This document shows positions 1 to 13,590 of a stretch of DNA of 64,000 nt, in pieces. The notes below the pieces were generated by a model that did not search any database, was not told where the DNA came from, and was given only the letters and a program-made list of their open reading frames with translations. The stretch is from Mytilus trossulus (taxonomy: Eukaryota). The stretch's first letter is position 1; each line of letters begins with the position of its first letter. The position numbers and the translations under genes are program-made. The stretch is from contig NC_086382.1 of assembly GCF_036588685.1 (NCBI RefSeq), forward strand, positions 48,236,001-48,300,000, in the 5' to 3' direction.

Positions 1-1626
1 AGGGACTGCAATATCGTCCTCCATCTAAAATAGATTGGAAACAGTGTTGTCAGGTCACCAAAGATGCTCTTTCCTCGTTTTGTGAAAATTGTTGTAAACG
101 GGAAAAATCTGATAAAAAAATATCTTGATTCTTATTTAAATAAAGGTATGGAAGGTATGCAATGTGGTTGAGGTATGCAGTAAATACTACATAAACGTTT
201 GTATGGATGAAATTTAAAATTTATCTACTTTCAAGTCATTGTGCTCCTAAAAGCGTCATAGAGTAAACAAACATATCATAACCACATCACAAATTAAGGC
301 TTCTTCTGAACATTTGATTGTCCCTACTATGTATTGGTTACCTACACTACACAACAAAAACAGTAAAATAGTTTGTAGGTATTCCGAAGGACACTAATTT
401 CACCCCTTTTCGTACTGTATCTCGAACTTATTAACCCGCTGTAAAGTTGGGGTTATTTTTACTTAAACTTAATCTGGCATGACAAGTTATACACAATCTT
501 TAAGAAGTCCCTAATCGAATCGGGGGGAAATGCGACTAGTGAAATATAATAATTTACAATTTCAAAGAATCAAAGCGCCATTTGTTGATTAAATCTCTGA
601 CTCTCGTTAATAATTAGAAACGGTATTTTATATGGTTTCAATAGACATAATTTCTTCAAGTATAGGTAAGACAATACTTGGTCATTTTTAAGAAGACTTA
701 ACACTGGCACAAAGCCTAATATCTGAAGGACAAGGATGCATTAAAACTGAACCCGTTGAAGAGCTATCGGAACGAAAAAGGACCTTAACCAATATTCATA
801 CGTTGATCTGACTTTCTGGAAGGATTGACAAACACACAGAAGATCTAATATCCTTGTTATATACCATTTGTTGTCTCCTGTCGTACAATTGTGTAAAGAC
901 AGAGTAAATAACTGTTGGATTCTATATCAATCTAACCACTTTCCCTTGATATATTGAATATAGCGAGTATAGACGAGTGTCTTGATTACGAGAATTACAC
1001 AAATTAAATTAAAACTTGGGAAATTCAATAGAGATTCAATATCAAACACAAACAACTTTGAGAAAGTAATCTTGTAACCTTCGTGGATAGCAGAATGTTA
1101 ATGAACTTATATTTCCTTGGTCATCTGTTTGTAAGAACTCTCATTATCATTGAACGATTGTCAATAATACATTTTTTCAAGGTAATTACAAATAATTTTA
1201 TTGCAACATTTAAATGATTGCTATGCTACCAACTGGTTTCACTTAAATTTATATCAAATAACAGGTTTTATCCGTTCATAGCTTATTACTCAGGTGAAGT
1301 GAACTTTGTGCCTATCGTGGCATTAACAACCTTGAAGCCTTAGTACACCTTCAGCGTGTGGTATTTTTTTCTTCTATACTGTATTGAATACAAAAAATAA
1401 TACAGACTTCGTCTAGTAAATAAATTTGCCGGTGATGTTTTGCTCCCATATATGGATGACGTCGTAACATATGTTGCAATGTAATTACCCCCCTTGTTGT
1501 GCTCTTCTAGACATGCATGCTCTAAAAAGAGTCCAGGATTTCAGTTTTTATTATTTAGTTTTAGATTTCAGTTTTCGTATTCGGATATAAGTTCATGTAG
1601 TTTTGTTGTTTAGCACTTTTAAGGTA

Positions 1627-1842
1627 AAAAAGTAAAATCACACAAATACTGAACTTAGAGAGAAATCAATTCGGAAAGTCCATAATCACATGGCAAAATC
1701 AAATAACTAAACGCATAAAAAACGAATGGACAAGAACTGTCATATTTCTGACTTGGTACAGACATTTTCCAATTTAGAATATTGTGGATTAAACCTGGTT
1801 CTATAGCGCTAACCCTCTCACTTTAATGACAGTCTCATCATA
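1627..1842 (-). repeat. Penelope-like element 3' terminal fragment (family C; also 5770-6140, 7221-7337, 16147-16375, 49520-49810)
   Basis: Shared motif ggaaaattcaaaacggaaagtccct...atggcaaaatcaaa...aactgtcatattcctgacttggtacaggcatttt. The 16147 copy is contiguous with an RT remnant. Confidence 0.7.
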
Positions 1843-2444
1843 ATTTATCTCTGAATGTGTTCCACTTTTTTCGGTCAACCCTTGGATAAGAAAATATTCA
1901 CTATAAACTAAAAACGGAATTCGAAATGAATTATATCAAATTCAAGCATTTAGTTAAGTTTTGAATTGCTATTCAACATGTTGTACCCTAAGGGTTAACA
2001 AGTAAAATAAAAATAAATTCATCCATGAAATTCCTCCATCTGGCAGATGAGATTGCTACACAATAATGTGCAGAATTTACAAATACACAAACGATCAGTA
2101 CAGTCACATATATTCGTTATAGATAACACACCCTTTCACCCGTAGACCTGTTCCCTGTTGCAATATCAGTCAACGAGAGTACACGTGACTTGGCCACATA
2201 TATCATCACAAAAAAAACTATTTCATAACTGTCTTTATGTAATAATTATTCATCTTAACACCATTGATTTCTTAATTCACTGAATACCTCGGGTTATTGT
2301 TCTAAATGTATGCTAAGTCTGACATATATTTTTGAAAGTCAAGGCAGACAAGTACGGAATATTGCTTTGATCTGAGAGAGACTACTGCATTTACTAATTA
2401 TATATATTTGCAATACAGTTTTGAAAAATGAAATGTATTCCGTA

Positions 2445-2535
2445 CTTTAACCTATAATGGTTTAATTTTTAAATTGTTATTTGGATGGAGAGTTGTCTCG
2501 TTGGAATTTACACCACATCTTCCTATATCTATATA
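2445..2535. repeat. High-copy unclassified interspersed repeat (family A; also about 18250-18310, 20915-20975, 26130-26320, 31155-31365, 61160-61345, 62375-62590, and inverted at 6710-6820, 39830-39980)
   Basis: Recurrent end motif gatagttgtctcattggcaatcataccacatcttct with variable truncation on the other side. Confidence 0.8.
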
Positions 2536-3924
2536 GTCACGGCAAAGCGTACTGCGTATGAGTTTTCGTCGATTTACGCTTCTTAGTTAAGTATGGGTAA
2601 AAGTCAATAAAACCAAATGTTTAACAAAGATTAATTTATATTATTTATCTATTGTTGTTAGCTGTGCGTGTAAAGTGGCCATATTTCCTGCATGTGAAGA
2701 AGGATACCCCAATGGGAAAACAAACCAATATTAAACCCTGTGAATACTCTTGCAGAAAAAGCAATATTTAAACATCGTAAATATTCGATGTTGATATTGC
2801 AAATACCAGAGAGCTGAATTTGTATGTGCCTCTCTGAATTATATCGAAAGTGGAAATAAAACTGATTTGCATATTGTTGTCAAATAAGATGACCTTGGTC
2901 ATAAATAAGAACAATGTCTATTTATTCACACATTTCTTTAATGTAGAACAATGAACACGGTCATCTGAAATGAAACATAAAACATTTTAAGCAATAATAG
3001 GTACAGTTCAGTCCATAGTTATAAGTAGCAAATGTACATGACAATTATAACCCTCTAGTAGTTCTATGAAGTACGCTGGTTATCACTTTGCTCCTAATGA
3101 TAATTCTGTATTAATAATTATTGTATTATCATTTGTTTGGGGAAGAGATGGAGAAAATTGGGATTTGTACGTTCTTCAATTTCTTTTCTTTTCATCAAAA
3201 CTCATAAAAAATCACCTTTTTGTTCTTGGTTAATATGCAGTAAAACTTTGTATTCAAATGACAGAGTTTAACTTAGCTGACAATATGAGCAACTCTACAT
3301 GTTATTGAGTACAAATTCCAATGCTACCGTATTTTTTCATGTATTGTTATCAAATTCCAAGTCACATCTATGTGTTGGTTATATGATCGTGAAAGGTTGC
3401 AACTCTTAATGAATATTGACTATTAAATACCTTGAACTATAATTTCTTAATTAATTTTCACAAGTTCGAAAATATGATCCAGTTTTGTATCATGTATATA
3501 TTATATGATGTAATCTAGATATTTGAAACCGTCGTCACAAATGAAGCTGAACTAAAAGACTTCAAACATTTAGACTTGTATATTGCACCCAAAAAAAATT
3601 AACCACAATATATTATAATTTCGTACTGCTATGAATGTCTTGTAAATGAAATATATATATAAGGGCATTCAGGAAATCCCGCATACAAAATCTTTTCATT
3701 TGACAAGAACGCGATTTTAGCAAATCATAACTCGTTTATGACTTCAATGAACATTTCTTTATATTGAACAGCAAATCTGAGGACCTATCAAGTTTGTTTT
3801 TGGATCCCTAAGCTTCACAAAACAAAAGGACTTTACATAAGATTCACAAAAAAAAATCTAGTCGCTATGAAAGACGGTCTCCAGAAATACTATGACACTG
3901 TTCAGTTGTGAAGTGATATATACC

Positions 3925-4475
3925 ATATATGGATTCTTATAATATAAAACAAAGAACTTCTTAATAATTATAAATCTCGATCTGAAAATAGTTATTTTGT
4001 AACTTTTGATCATTGAATCCTATCCCATTCCCAAAATGAAATTGGTAAAAATCGCATAAAATGAATTAGCTAATATGTTTTTCAATTAAAAAATGACATT
4101 TAAAGATTTATAGCTTTGTTTAGGCAAACAGTCATTCCTATCATACCGAATTGTGCGCCTCGCACTGTGGACCTCTTTTTATTTTCATATGAATTGGAGT
4201 TCCTTTAGACACTTGATAAAACGAAAAAAAAACAAAGAAGCCCGATCATTTAGTTTTATATTCATTAATATTGATGATTTTCTCTTCATTAATAATCCAT
4301 ACTTTTCTGATTCGGTTCCATTAAAATGTTAACCTCCAGAACTAGCCATAGATATTGAAGAAACAACAAACACGACTTACTCCATCTTAATTCTAGACCT
4401 ATGCGTCGAATTTGACATAAGCTGTCATTGCAATACCAGAATCTATAACAAGCGAGACGATTGTAATTTTAAAAA
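3925..4475 (+). pseudogene. Degenerate Penelope-like reverse transcriptase fragment
   Basis: Frameshifted translation pieces IPIIPNCAPRTVDLFLFSYELEFL, SFSFIFINIDDFLFINNPYFSD and TRIYNKRDDCNF. Homologous to the 17-kb fragment. Confidence 0.8.
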
Positions 4476-5500
4476 GAACTATCTTTAAAAAAGATATCCG
4501 ACGTATTTAAATTTGAGTATAATATGTTTAAAATTATCATGTCGATAACCTTTAGAAGCACAATGACTTAATGATGCAGGACCTCTTTAATAAAACCTCC
4601 ATCTGAATGTAACTACAAGAAATTATTTACTAAGTCTGGTTATGTTAAGGCAATATAATATATAAGAATATTGTGATAACACATAAAAAAAATATTTGTC
4701 AAAAAATCCAGTGCAAATAACAAGAAACAAATATAAATTTACTACTATTTACATTTAACCTGATTCATGGTTAACAAAGCTAGAAACTATTGATAGTATA
4801 AGTAGTATCTTTCTATTTAAATTCACAAAAAAAACCGCGGAAATCTCACATGCGTAGGTGCGTTCTAAAAGTCATGTACCTTCGTACAAAGTTAACATCA
4901 AAAATTATATAATTGTCCCGAATAAATAGCTGTCATGGATGCAAAGAGCTATTGATGAAACAATTATTTTAATAAAAATATAAATCTTTGTAAGATCTAG
5001 TTCAATTATTTATAGTTTTTCACTTGCTTTCCATCACGATATAACTTTCGAGACGTTTTTTCAAACACAACCAAATCACCCACCACGACAGCATTTTGTC
5101 CAATCACAGAAAGGATTTTCGAGCATGCGTATTCCGTTGCCATAGTTAAGCGTCCTTAAGTTCAAAGTGCACAAACCAAAACTATACCGACTACGTCGGA
5201 AAAATATAAATGTTCCCCACCTTATAAGCACTACATTTACTATTTCATTCGATATAAATGCAAGAGCTTGCAGCTGCTTTTCGGACTCTTTGAAACGTAA
5301 CCAGGGTTTGAGCAGAAATTTGATAAGCAAAATGTATGTAAAGTAACGCGTTCTGTCCCGTTTCTGAAAAGATTATTGGAAGATACCAAGACCTTGTTAA
5401 TGACTACTCAGTAATAACTACAAAAACAATACATAATAGTCTTGTGGTATAAAATCTAGGTACTGAGGTGGATTATAATGTTGATTAAGTGTAAGTCTAG

Positions 5501-5678
5501 AAGAGGGGCGAAATATACCAGAGGGAGTCCAGCTCATAGATAGAAAATAAACTGACAACGCCATGGCTAAAAAAAACCAGACAAATAAGAGAACACAATA
5601 CACAACATAGAAAACTAGACGTCTAAGCAACACCCCCCTCCCAAAAAAAAAATGGGTGATCTCAGATGCTCCGAAAGT
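5501..5678. repeat. High-copy interspersed repeat (family B; also 6835-6953 and 15758-15933 inverted, 45925-46062)
   Basis: Shared aagagggacgaaagataccaaagggacagtcaaactc...aaataaactgacaacgccatggctaaaa...ggtgatctcaggtgctcc. Confidence 0.8.
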
Positions 5679-7834
5679 TCCTGATTTTTTAAAATTTTTG
5701 ATTATATCCTGATGGTGTGGATCTGTACTTAAGCGTCCTGCAATTGTGCCATGATTAATGTTGAGTTATCGTCTTTCATATTTGCGTATACTTTGTGTGT
5801 ATGCCATCTTGCGTTTCTTTGATGGAACAGTTATTTGTTTTTAAAGGCTATAGCGATTAAAACGATATTACAAAGTTGACAGATGCATCCGAATTTTTGA
5901 CAGTTTTACCTATTATGTTGGTTTTGTATTTGCTCACACAATGGTGTCAATATAATTGAATTTCTACTCGACTGTCATTTAAACAAAGGTAAATACATCT
6001 ACCAATTTGGGAATATGACAGTTGTACGTGTATTTTATTCGTTAGGTGTGTTTGTGCTTTTGATTTCGCCTGTTTATATTAAAAGAACTTTCTGTTTGCA
6101 ATTTCCCTGATAGTTTTTTTTTTTTGTAAATTTACTTTTTATACACATTACGTTAAAAACCCTTAAGAGATATGTTTTCTGTGTGCATATTAATTTTTGA
6201 AGCCTTAAAATTGAGAAATCTTTTTCAATACAACCATATACAGAAAAGTGTTATTAAAATATATTATGGGGGTGTTGTTTCTTTTAAATCTACTAATATT
6301 TCTACCACTCTCATAATTCATGTCTTATCCGTTTTCTTATTGAGTTTTGAATTTGGAAAGTTCGTTGTAAATGAATGTTACCCGATCGATTGCATTAAGA
6401 TTATATTTTAAGGAAAATTAAGCTTAACTATGTATTATTATACTTTGTTTTAAACTTCTTGTGTTGAGAAGATGTAACAAGAGTTATTTTCAACACAAAG
6501 AAAGGTAACTAAGACAAGAATGATGTATTGTATTGGACTTTATTGCTAACTGAATTGGGCACATGAGTTAACATAACATGATACGTCTATAATGTTAAAT
6601 ATATAATTGCAGACTGTTACTATGTAGTATAGTCAAGAATTAATAAAACACTGTGTTTTGCGTTGTATCGGATACATGTATATAATTACTTAAACTGCCG
6701 TGATGTGTTTGTGGAATGTTTGCCAATGAGACTAATGCCCATTCGATTAATGTGGATGTAAAAAAATTTAGACAGTCGTATCGCCTTCAATAACGAGAAA
6801 TAAACATACTGTTCGGCTATAAAAATTAATTTTATATGTTGTGTCGTGTGTAGTATTGTTTGGGTGTTTGTCTTTTTCAGTTTTAGCCATGAAGTTGTCA
6901 GTTTATTTTCGATTTATGAGTTTGACTGTCCCTCTGGATATTTCGTCCTTCTTTTAATTTGATTTATGGACAACTTGTACAAAATAGTCTTTTAGCTGAC
7001 AGTTTAATTTCTCAACTCTGAAACCTTAAATTTTCCTAATCGGAAAGGAACTTATATTAATCAACAAGCAACACTGTATTTATAAATTTCGACCAGCGGT
7101 ATTCTATTGTTGCCTTTATTTAATGTTTAAATATTATCAATCCATGGACACTCAGTTAGCATGTTATATGTTAACTATTAGTGTTACTCTAATTCTTAAA
7201 GTCCTTTTACTCTGGAACAACAAAAAGTAAATAACAATAATATTGAACTTCAAGGAAAATTTTAAACGGAAAGTCCGTTATACAAAATCAAAAGCTCAAA
7301 CACTTCAAATACATCAACAACAAATGTAATATTCCTGTAATATTATAGGGGACATTACTTTATTCATTCATGTTTCATAAAATATGATCACGATTAGATT
7401 TCCATTGGGTTTGTTTTTTTGACGTCTTGACGAACATTGGATATTTGGCAACATAAGTTCACCGATGTCCAATCTCGTTTAATTGATTAAGAATTCAAGA
7501 CAAAACAAGACAAGACAATTTTATTCTTTGAAACCTCTGTAAGCACATTGGTAAAATAAATGAGTTAATCATCCTTATACCAATAATTTTATTTTATCAG
7601 TTTTTGTGGACAGAAGCACATCAATCACATATGATGGGGAGTTTGAAAGCCAAACAAAGAGCAACCAGTCATGTGCCAATCTCACGTACTCAAGTTAACA
7701 CCGTAAATAGAATATAAAAACTTAACAGGAGATAAGGAAGTACTAAAATAAGAAAATAGAAGAGAATATGTCCAACATTTGCTTTAATGATTTAAAACTT
7801 TCACTTGTTTGGCTTTATAATTATTTTGATATAA

Positions 7835-7878
7835 GCGTCACTAATGAGTCTTATGTAGATGAAACGCGTGTCTGGCGT
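7835..7878 (+). ncRNA. Minimal type I hammerhead ribozyme motif of Penelope-like repeats, mutated (G5A)
   Basis: GCGTCA-CTAATGA-GTCT(TATGT)AGAT-GAAAC-GCGT-GTC-TGGCGT: stem I, core, stem II, GAAA, short stem III and GUC site. The core reads CUAAUGA instead of CUGAUGA. Confidence 0.75.
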
Positions 7879-8814
7879 ACTGAATTATAATCCTGGTACC
7901 TTTGATAACTTTTTACAAACTGTATAAGTCGATCATACTCTGTATAATCCTGTACTCACATTGAAACAATCACTGGTTGGAGATGGTTATTTAGTACAGG
8001 GTCTAGTGATACTCTTACAACAAATTCCGTGTTTATGTCATTAAAGAGAAAGGCGAATGCAACAATTAAAGTATTGCTTAAAATTACTGTCCAATTCATC
8101 GAAGTATTGTACTACAGCATATGTGGTATCTTGCCACAACTGAAGTTGCTGTTTAAATGTTACATGTGATTGTTATAACTAAATTATTATTAACTCTGTG
8201 ACCTTTGCAAATTCACAAAAATAACAAAATAACTTATAATATTTCCTTGCGTCATGATCATAATATTCCACTATTGGAGAACAAGTTCAGGTTATATTGG
8301 TCCTCTCTGGATAGTGGCATTACAATACATGATGTGATTGAGTTAAAAAGAAAAGTGTCACAATCATTCGATCAAACTTTACAAGGTGAACATTATTCTC
8401 TTTATTGTATTAAATGATTTGTTGGATAGTCTAAGAATACTAAGAATCAACAGATCACTCACATTGGCAAGAGTTGAAGAACATCATAATATTTGATGAG
8501 ACTTATATTATTGGATATAAACATGACGTAATTCGTCATTGGCTAATTAAAATCTGTCAAATGAATGCAATCGGACAGCAGCGCCGAAGCTATAACCATT
8601 ACACAAATATTTTAAATCTTAACCATTATTCTTAATTATATAATTCCAATTTCAAACTGCACAGGTCACATCAGCTCAAAGTATGTAATGAGTAAATATC
8701 TACAAGTCTTGATAGCTCATTCAGGTGAACAAGTTACATCTATAGAATAAATTACTCGTCAACTTGTAGCTATAACAGCCGTCAACATGTTGTATCGACA
8801 GCATGTTCAGGTAT

Positions 8815-8965
8815 GCCAAAAAAAGGCAACAGTAATATACCGCGGTTCAAAACTCATAAATCCATGGACAAAAACAAAATCGGGGTAACAAACTAAAACT
8901 GAGGGAAACGCATTTAATATAAGAGGAGTAAAACCACACAACATTAAAATGTAACACACACCAAC
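8815..8965. repeat. Interspersed repeat (family D; also 15040-15235, 40068-40200)
   Basis: Shared aaggcaaca..tataccgc.gttcaa...ataaatcgattgagagaaaacaaa...acaaactaaaaccgagggaaacacat. Confidence 0.75.
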
Positions 8966-9289
8966 ATCTGCATTGATTAAATAAATACTCACAATGGATA
9001 TCGACAGCAGGTACTGTAGATTAGTATTAAAGTCAATGGGAAATGTTTTACTGAATGTACCTCTATATATGTATTGATTAAATTTGAGCATAAATATATT
9101 GAGTTATTATATTTGATGTAAATAGCACGTGATTTTTAAAGTGCGAATATTTTTCATATTTAAAAAGGAAGTTATGGAATATTGTCCGAGCCAGTCCTCG
9201 ATTCTAACGAAGACAATTTGTTAAGGAAATCCCTTGTATAGTCAGTCCGAATGTCATAATGCTTCAAACAAGTCAGCAAAATCGTGACA

Positions 9290-11030
9290 GTAGACACTTT
9301 TGGGCTTTTCAAACATTTTTTAGATTAGAATCGCCTTCATTTAAAGTCATTTTATCAGAACACAATAATGTGTCAAAGAAATACAGAGATGAGGCCAATA
9401 TTTAATTTTAATCAGAAGGGAATCGTTTTAACGAGAGGATTGTGGATGGTCTTAACAAAATCCACAAGGATCTTGTATCATTTGCTTCCCTCTTTTTAAT
9501 TGCTGGTGATTTGGTTGGTATACCCAAAGAAAGAAATAAACGCATCAGGATTGCTGATAACGTCTCTGGGTAATGGGTTACTGTAAAAGATTACGAGTTA
9601 TTATATCACCGACAATAATGATGACGAGAAAAAGATTCGTCAGGACGAGACTAGGGTCCTTAAAACTGCCAAGGAGTGAAAGAACCGCCCTATGCCATGT
9701 ACAGCTAGACCAACTCAAGCAGTTGAACGTACCGCTACTGTCCCTGTTTCCCTCCAGCTTACGATTTCAGTTGTGCTCCATTGACATCTGTCACTACTGT
9801 ATATTATATTGTCAACTTAAAGTTAGCCACAGCTTCTGCATCCAGTAACCAGCCATCCTAACAACAATGATCAAGTTAATGTCAATGATAAGTACCTAGC
9901 TTTATATTTTTATCTAGATCTTCTGGCTAAGAAACCACTTATGACAAAATTAGCCGAATTTATGACACAAGTTAATTTTTTGGGAAAATTAGATTTTCCT
10001 TCCAGTCATAACTTTAAAGGTGTAAATGAACCCATCATAGATACCAGGACTAATTTTTGTATATACGCCAGACGCGCGTTTCGTCTACAAAAGACCCATC
10101 AGTGACGCTCGAATTTCAAAAATATTTAAAAAAAAATTTGGGGTTTAGATTGGAGCTAGTGATCTTGTTTGAGATATATTAAAAACGGTTAACGGTTATG
10201 TAATTATATGTTTAGTGTCTCTCCAAGTATGCACATGAAAAACAATACATCTGCTTTTATAACTCAGACTTTGTTGATAAACCCGGTTTGGAATAAGTTG
10301 TTCTGGATGTCCATACGTAGTTCCTTTTATGTCTTATATTGTAAATTGTGTTGTGAGTAGCCAAGAAAAATCGTTGTAAAGGCTAATATTGGATCTTTTC
10401 AATTTTTAATAAATCTGTCAAAAAAGAGAGATTTAAATTTGGAAATGGAAAACAGCTATTCAAATTTTATTTGTTTAAGTTTGATTTAAAATCTGGTTAT
10501 CATCATTTTGACATTTGTCCAGATCAACTTTTTTTGTGTGCCTTGAATAACAAGTATTACTGTTTTTCAGTTTTTGTTTTTGGTCTTGCTTCTAGCCCTT
10601 ACTTGCTCACAAAAGGTTTGAGATTTATTGTCAAATATTGGAGACAATTTCACTTGATATCGACTTGTATTTAGACGACTGTTTCGGAATGGCTTCAAAT
10701 TACGAGTTGTCGAAAAGATTCCAATTTTGTGAAAATATGGTGTTGTTTTAGTCAATATAGAAAAATCTGTTTCTGAACCTACCCCCCAAAAAAGAATGAT
10801 TTTAAAGTACTTGGAATTCTATTCAATTTTGCATATCAATTCCCGAAATAAGATTAATTAAATGATTTGATACATACAGTCTATAGATGACATATTAGAG
10901 GGGGGGGAATGACATTGCCGACAATGTTGCTTTACTATTAGCTCAAGATACTCGTGCGATTATTTCAGTGTTCGGAAATTTGACTAGATTGATGACAAGA
11001 TATTGTTACATGCGATTTGAGCTGAGATAG
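9290..11030 (+). mobile_element. Decayed Ngaro/DIRS-type (tyrosine-recombinase) retrotransposon: gag and RT remnants
   Basis: Gag-like KERNKRIRIADNVSG*WVTVKDYE at about 9525-9600. RT motifs RLILDL (10380), FKFDLKSGYHHFDI, YYCFSVFVFGLASSPYLLTK and LYLDD (10665-10679). Many frameshifts. Confidence 0.8.
10065..10108 (-). ncRNA. Minimal type I hammerhead ribozyme motif, variant (A9G), in a Penelope-like fragment of about 10029-10115 inserted in the Ngaro relic
   Basis: Minus strand reads GCGTCA-CTGATGG-GTCT(TTTGT)AGAC-GAAAC-GCGC-GTC-TGGCGT. Predicted cut between 10071 and 10070. Confidence 0.8.
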
Positions 11031-11461
11031 ATTATAACAAATACTTTATCTTAATATCTAGCTGCAATTTTTAAATCTATTCATTCGAAGCTCGTATACA
11101 GTACTGTGTATTAAATTTAGGTGAAGACCTCTCCCCCTAATGAATATTTGTATTTTTGAAATGTTTTTATGAAAAGATAGATAGATAGATATAATACCGG
11201 TATGACATGGTTTGGTTGATCATTGAGACCTATATATTTATATATGAATTCTTATTTTGATTTTCTATAGTGTATGCTGTCTTCGGGACTTTTTAATAAA
11301 ATTATCAACGTTAGCTGCAAATGCTGACGGGCTAATTCCTTTTTTTTTATTTTATAGATCATTTCTTAAATTGAGAATGAAAACGGGAAATGTTTTCGTT
11401 TGAGGCAACGAATTAGAATATAAATGTGAATATTTGTTATGTGAGATGAAACAAGATTCAA

Positions 11462-11668
11462 ATTGGATTATCTCCCGTTTAATGAAAATTTCAATCAACA
11501 TTTTACTGAAAGGTAATCTCCCATTACAAAGGCATAATTGCATGTTTTAGAGGTCTGTTAACAAATACTCATTGGATTATCTCCCGTTGAACGGAAGTTT
11601 ACTAATATATAATATCCCATTACAAATGCATCACTTGCATGTTTAAGAGGTCCGTTAGTAAATACTCA
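11462..11668. repeat. Diverged tandem duplication, about 100-110 bp x2
   Basis: attggattatctcccgtt...cccattacaaa.gcat...gcatgttt.agaggtc.gtta..aaatactc occurs twice. Confidence 0.8.
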
Positions 11669-13590
11669 TCAAAGTTATTAGGCTTATAAAGTATACATAC
11701 TGTTGATAGTCAAATGGCGATGATTATATTGCGAATGTTGTCATTTAAATTAACATGTTTTACAATGTTGGTCCCTTTTAAATAATGCTGAATATGTGTG
11801 TTAGTGCTTAACAATGCAGTTTTCTTTTAATTTCGCTGCTCAAATATTGAAATAAATGTTTACTTTTAAAAATTGGATATACATCAGAATACTATCTCAA
11901 AAGGATTACAAAATAAAATAGGGAAAGATTATCGATGTATTGAAAACAACATTGGAAGTGTTTAACATAATCTTGAAAAAAACTGATATGAAAAAAAAAC
12001 AAAAAATATTATAAAATTGAAAAACAAACTTTATTGGTAAAGGTAGAACAATCCAGATATCATGTCATATCAATAATGAATTAATTTTTTAACAATGCTG
12101 ATACCGTAGAATTCTTGTTGCCATAGAAATATTATTTTCTCTTTAGATTTCTATTTTGACAGGCCGTTTTTATTTTTGGTCGAGGTAAAACTTTATTGGG
12201 CATTATTTTTATTCTTTCCTCGGTATATATTCTCTCCTAAAAACACATCACTATTTATTCTCTAGGATATGAAGGTGGACATAGCACTATAAATATCGTA
12301 TGTCTGAAATCCTTTTCTGGATTTCCCTTCACTGGGAACGCTCAATCACAAACATTTGATATTCATGAATGTCTAGGAGAAGAAACGTTACAAACTGTAT
12401 GTTAAAAAAAGAAATAACCAAATTTATCTAAGATTGTGTAAATTATATGTGGCCTGTTGCAATACCAATATATCTATCTAATCAAATTCAAGACGGTTAC
12501 TTCAATTAACCATTAACCAGAGGCAGTTGAAAATTCCGTCTTTCATCCTAATCGACCAGCTTTCCAAAAGTAACGTGATGGATGAATTATATCGTAAAAG
12601 TTATAAAGCAAAAAAGAAGAAAAAAAACAAAAACCAAGTTTTTTTAGGATTATAAAAAACTTCAAGCATGTTGAAAGAAATGTAAGCAGTTACTACTACA
12701 CAAGAGGTAACCTATCGTGTTACTCATTGGAAAAAAATCTTGGTCTTTGAGTAAGGAAGGAATTGTAGCTACGTCGTGTTATCTTTGACAAATATGTCAT
12801 ACCGGTCAAACAAATCATGCTGGTTCCCGTAAAAAAAATAAGGAAAACTTCTACTTCAATCTTAGTCTAAACAGCTCCTTTGTAACCTTAAAGGTTGGAT
12901 TTACTAAATTGCGTTTTTTCGATTAAGTAAGCACAATTAAACAATTAAACAAATCGAAACCGGGAATTAATATTTGTTTCTTTTTTTTACATTTTTTTTT
13001 TTTGGCAACAAACAAGGAATTCATCAAATGAAATAGATAACCATGAGAAGATATCTCTTGTTCCTCCACGATTTCTACAAATGTATAGGTACAAAAACAA
13101 ATCATTCAAAGGACACTCCAACCAATAATACAACTAGTTCCTCTACAATTCAAACTTCTTCTTAGCAACCATTTTAGATGACACCAGTAAAATTCATAAT
13201 AAATTGTCTGCCAACATCACTAAGATATTCGGAAGTCGTCTAGTGTAAGCATGACGTTGCATCTGTGAAAGTTGGCAAATAGGAAGATTCGTTAACAGTT
13301 TGAAAATATAACAAGCTTGTCCTTGTTGACACTCTTTGAGTCTTCATCATTTTTCATTGGCACTTTGTATATTATTCAGAGTGTACTGCCGATATTCTCC
13401 ATGATATTTACTGGTTTTTGAGAGGACAGTTTGAGGTCTTTGTCAAAAGATGAATTGTCTTATTCTTTGAGATATGATTTGAGTCCCAACTGCCGACGAC
13501 TTGTATTTAAGAAAATCATGGATGATTAAGTTATAATGAGTCGACTGACTATATTCAGAAATATGTATGCAAGATTTCAAACGTCAGCTC

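Noticed and set aside
12060-13585. Possibly decayed coding-like sequence, continuing at about 15240-15720
   Set aside because: I could not recover a convincing protein motif; blastx would be needed.
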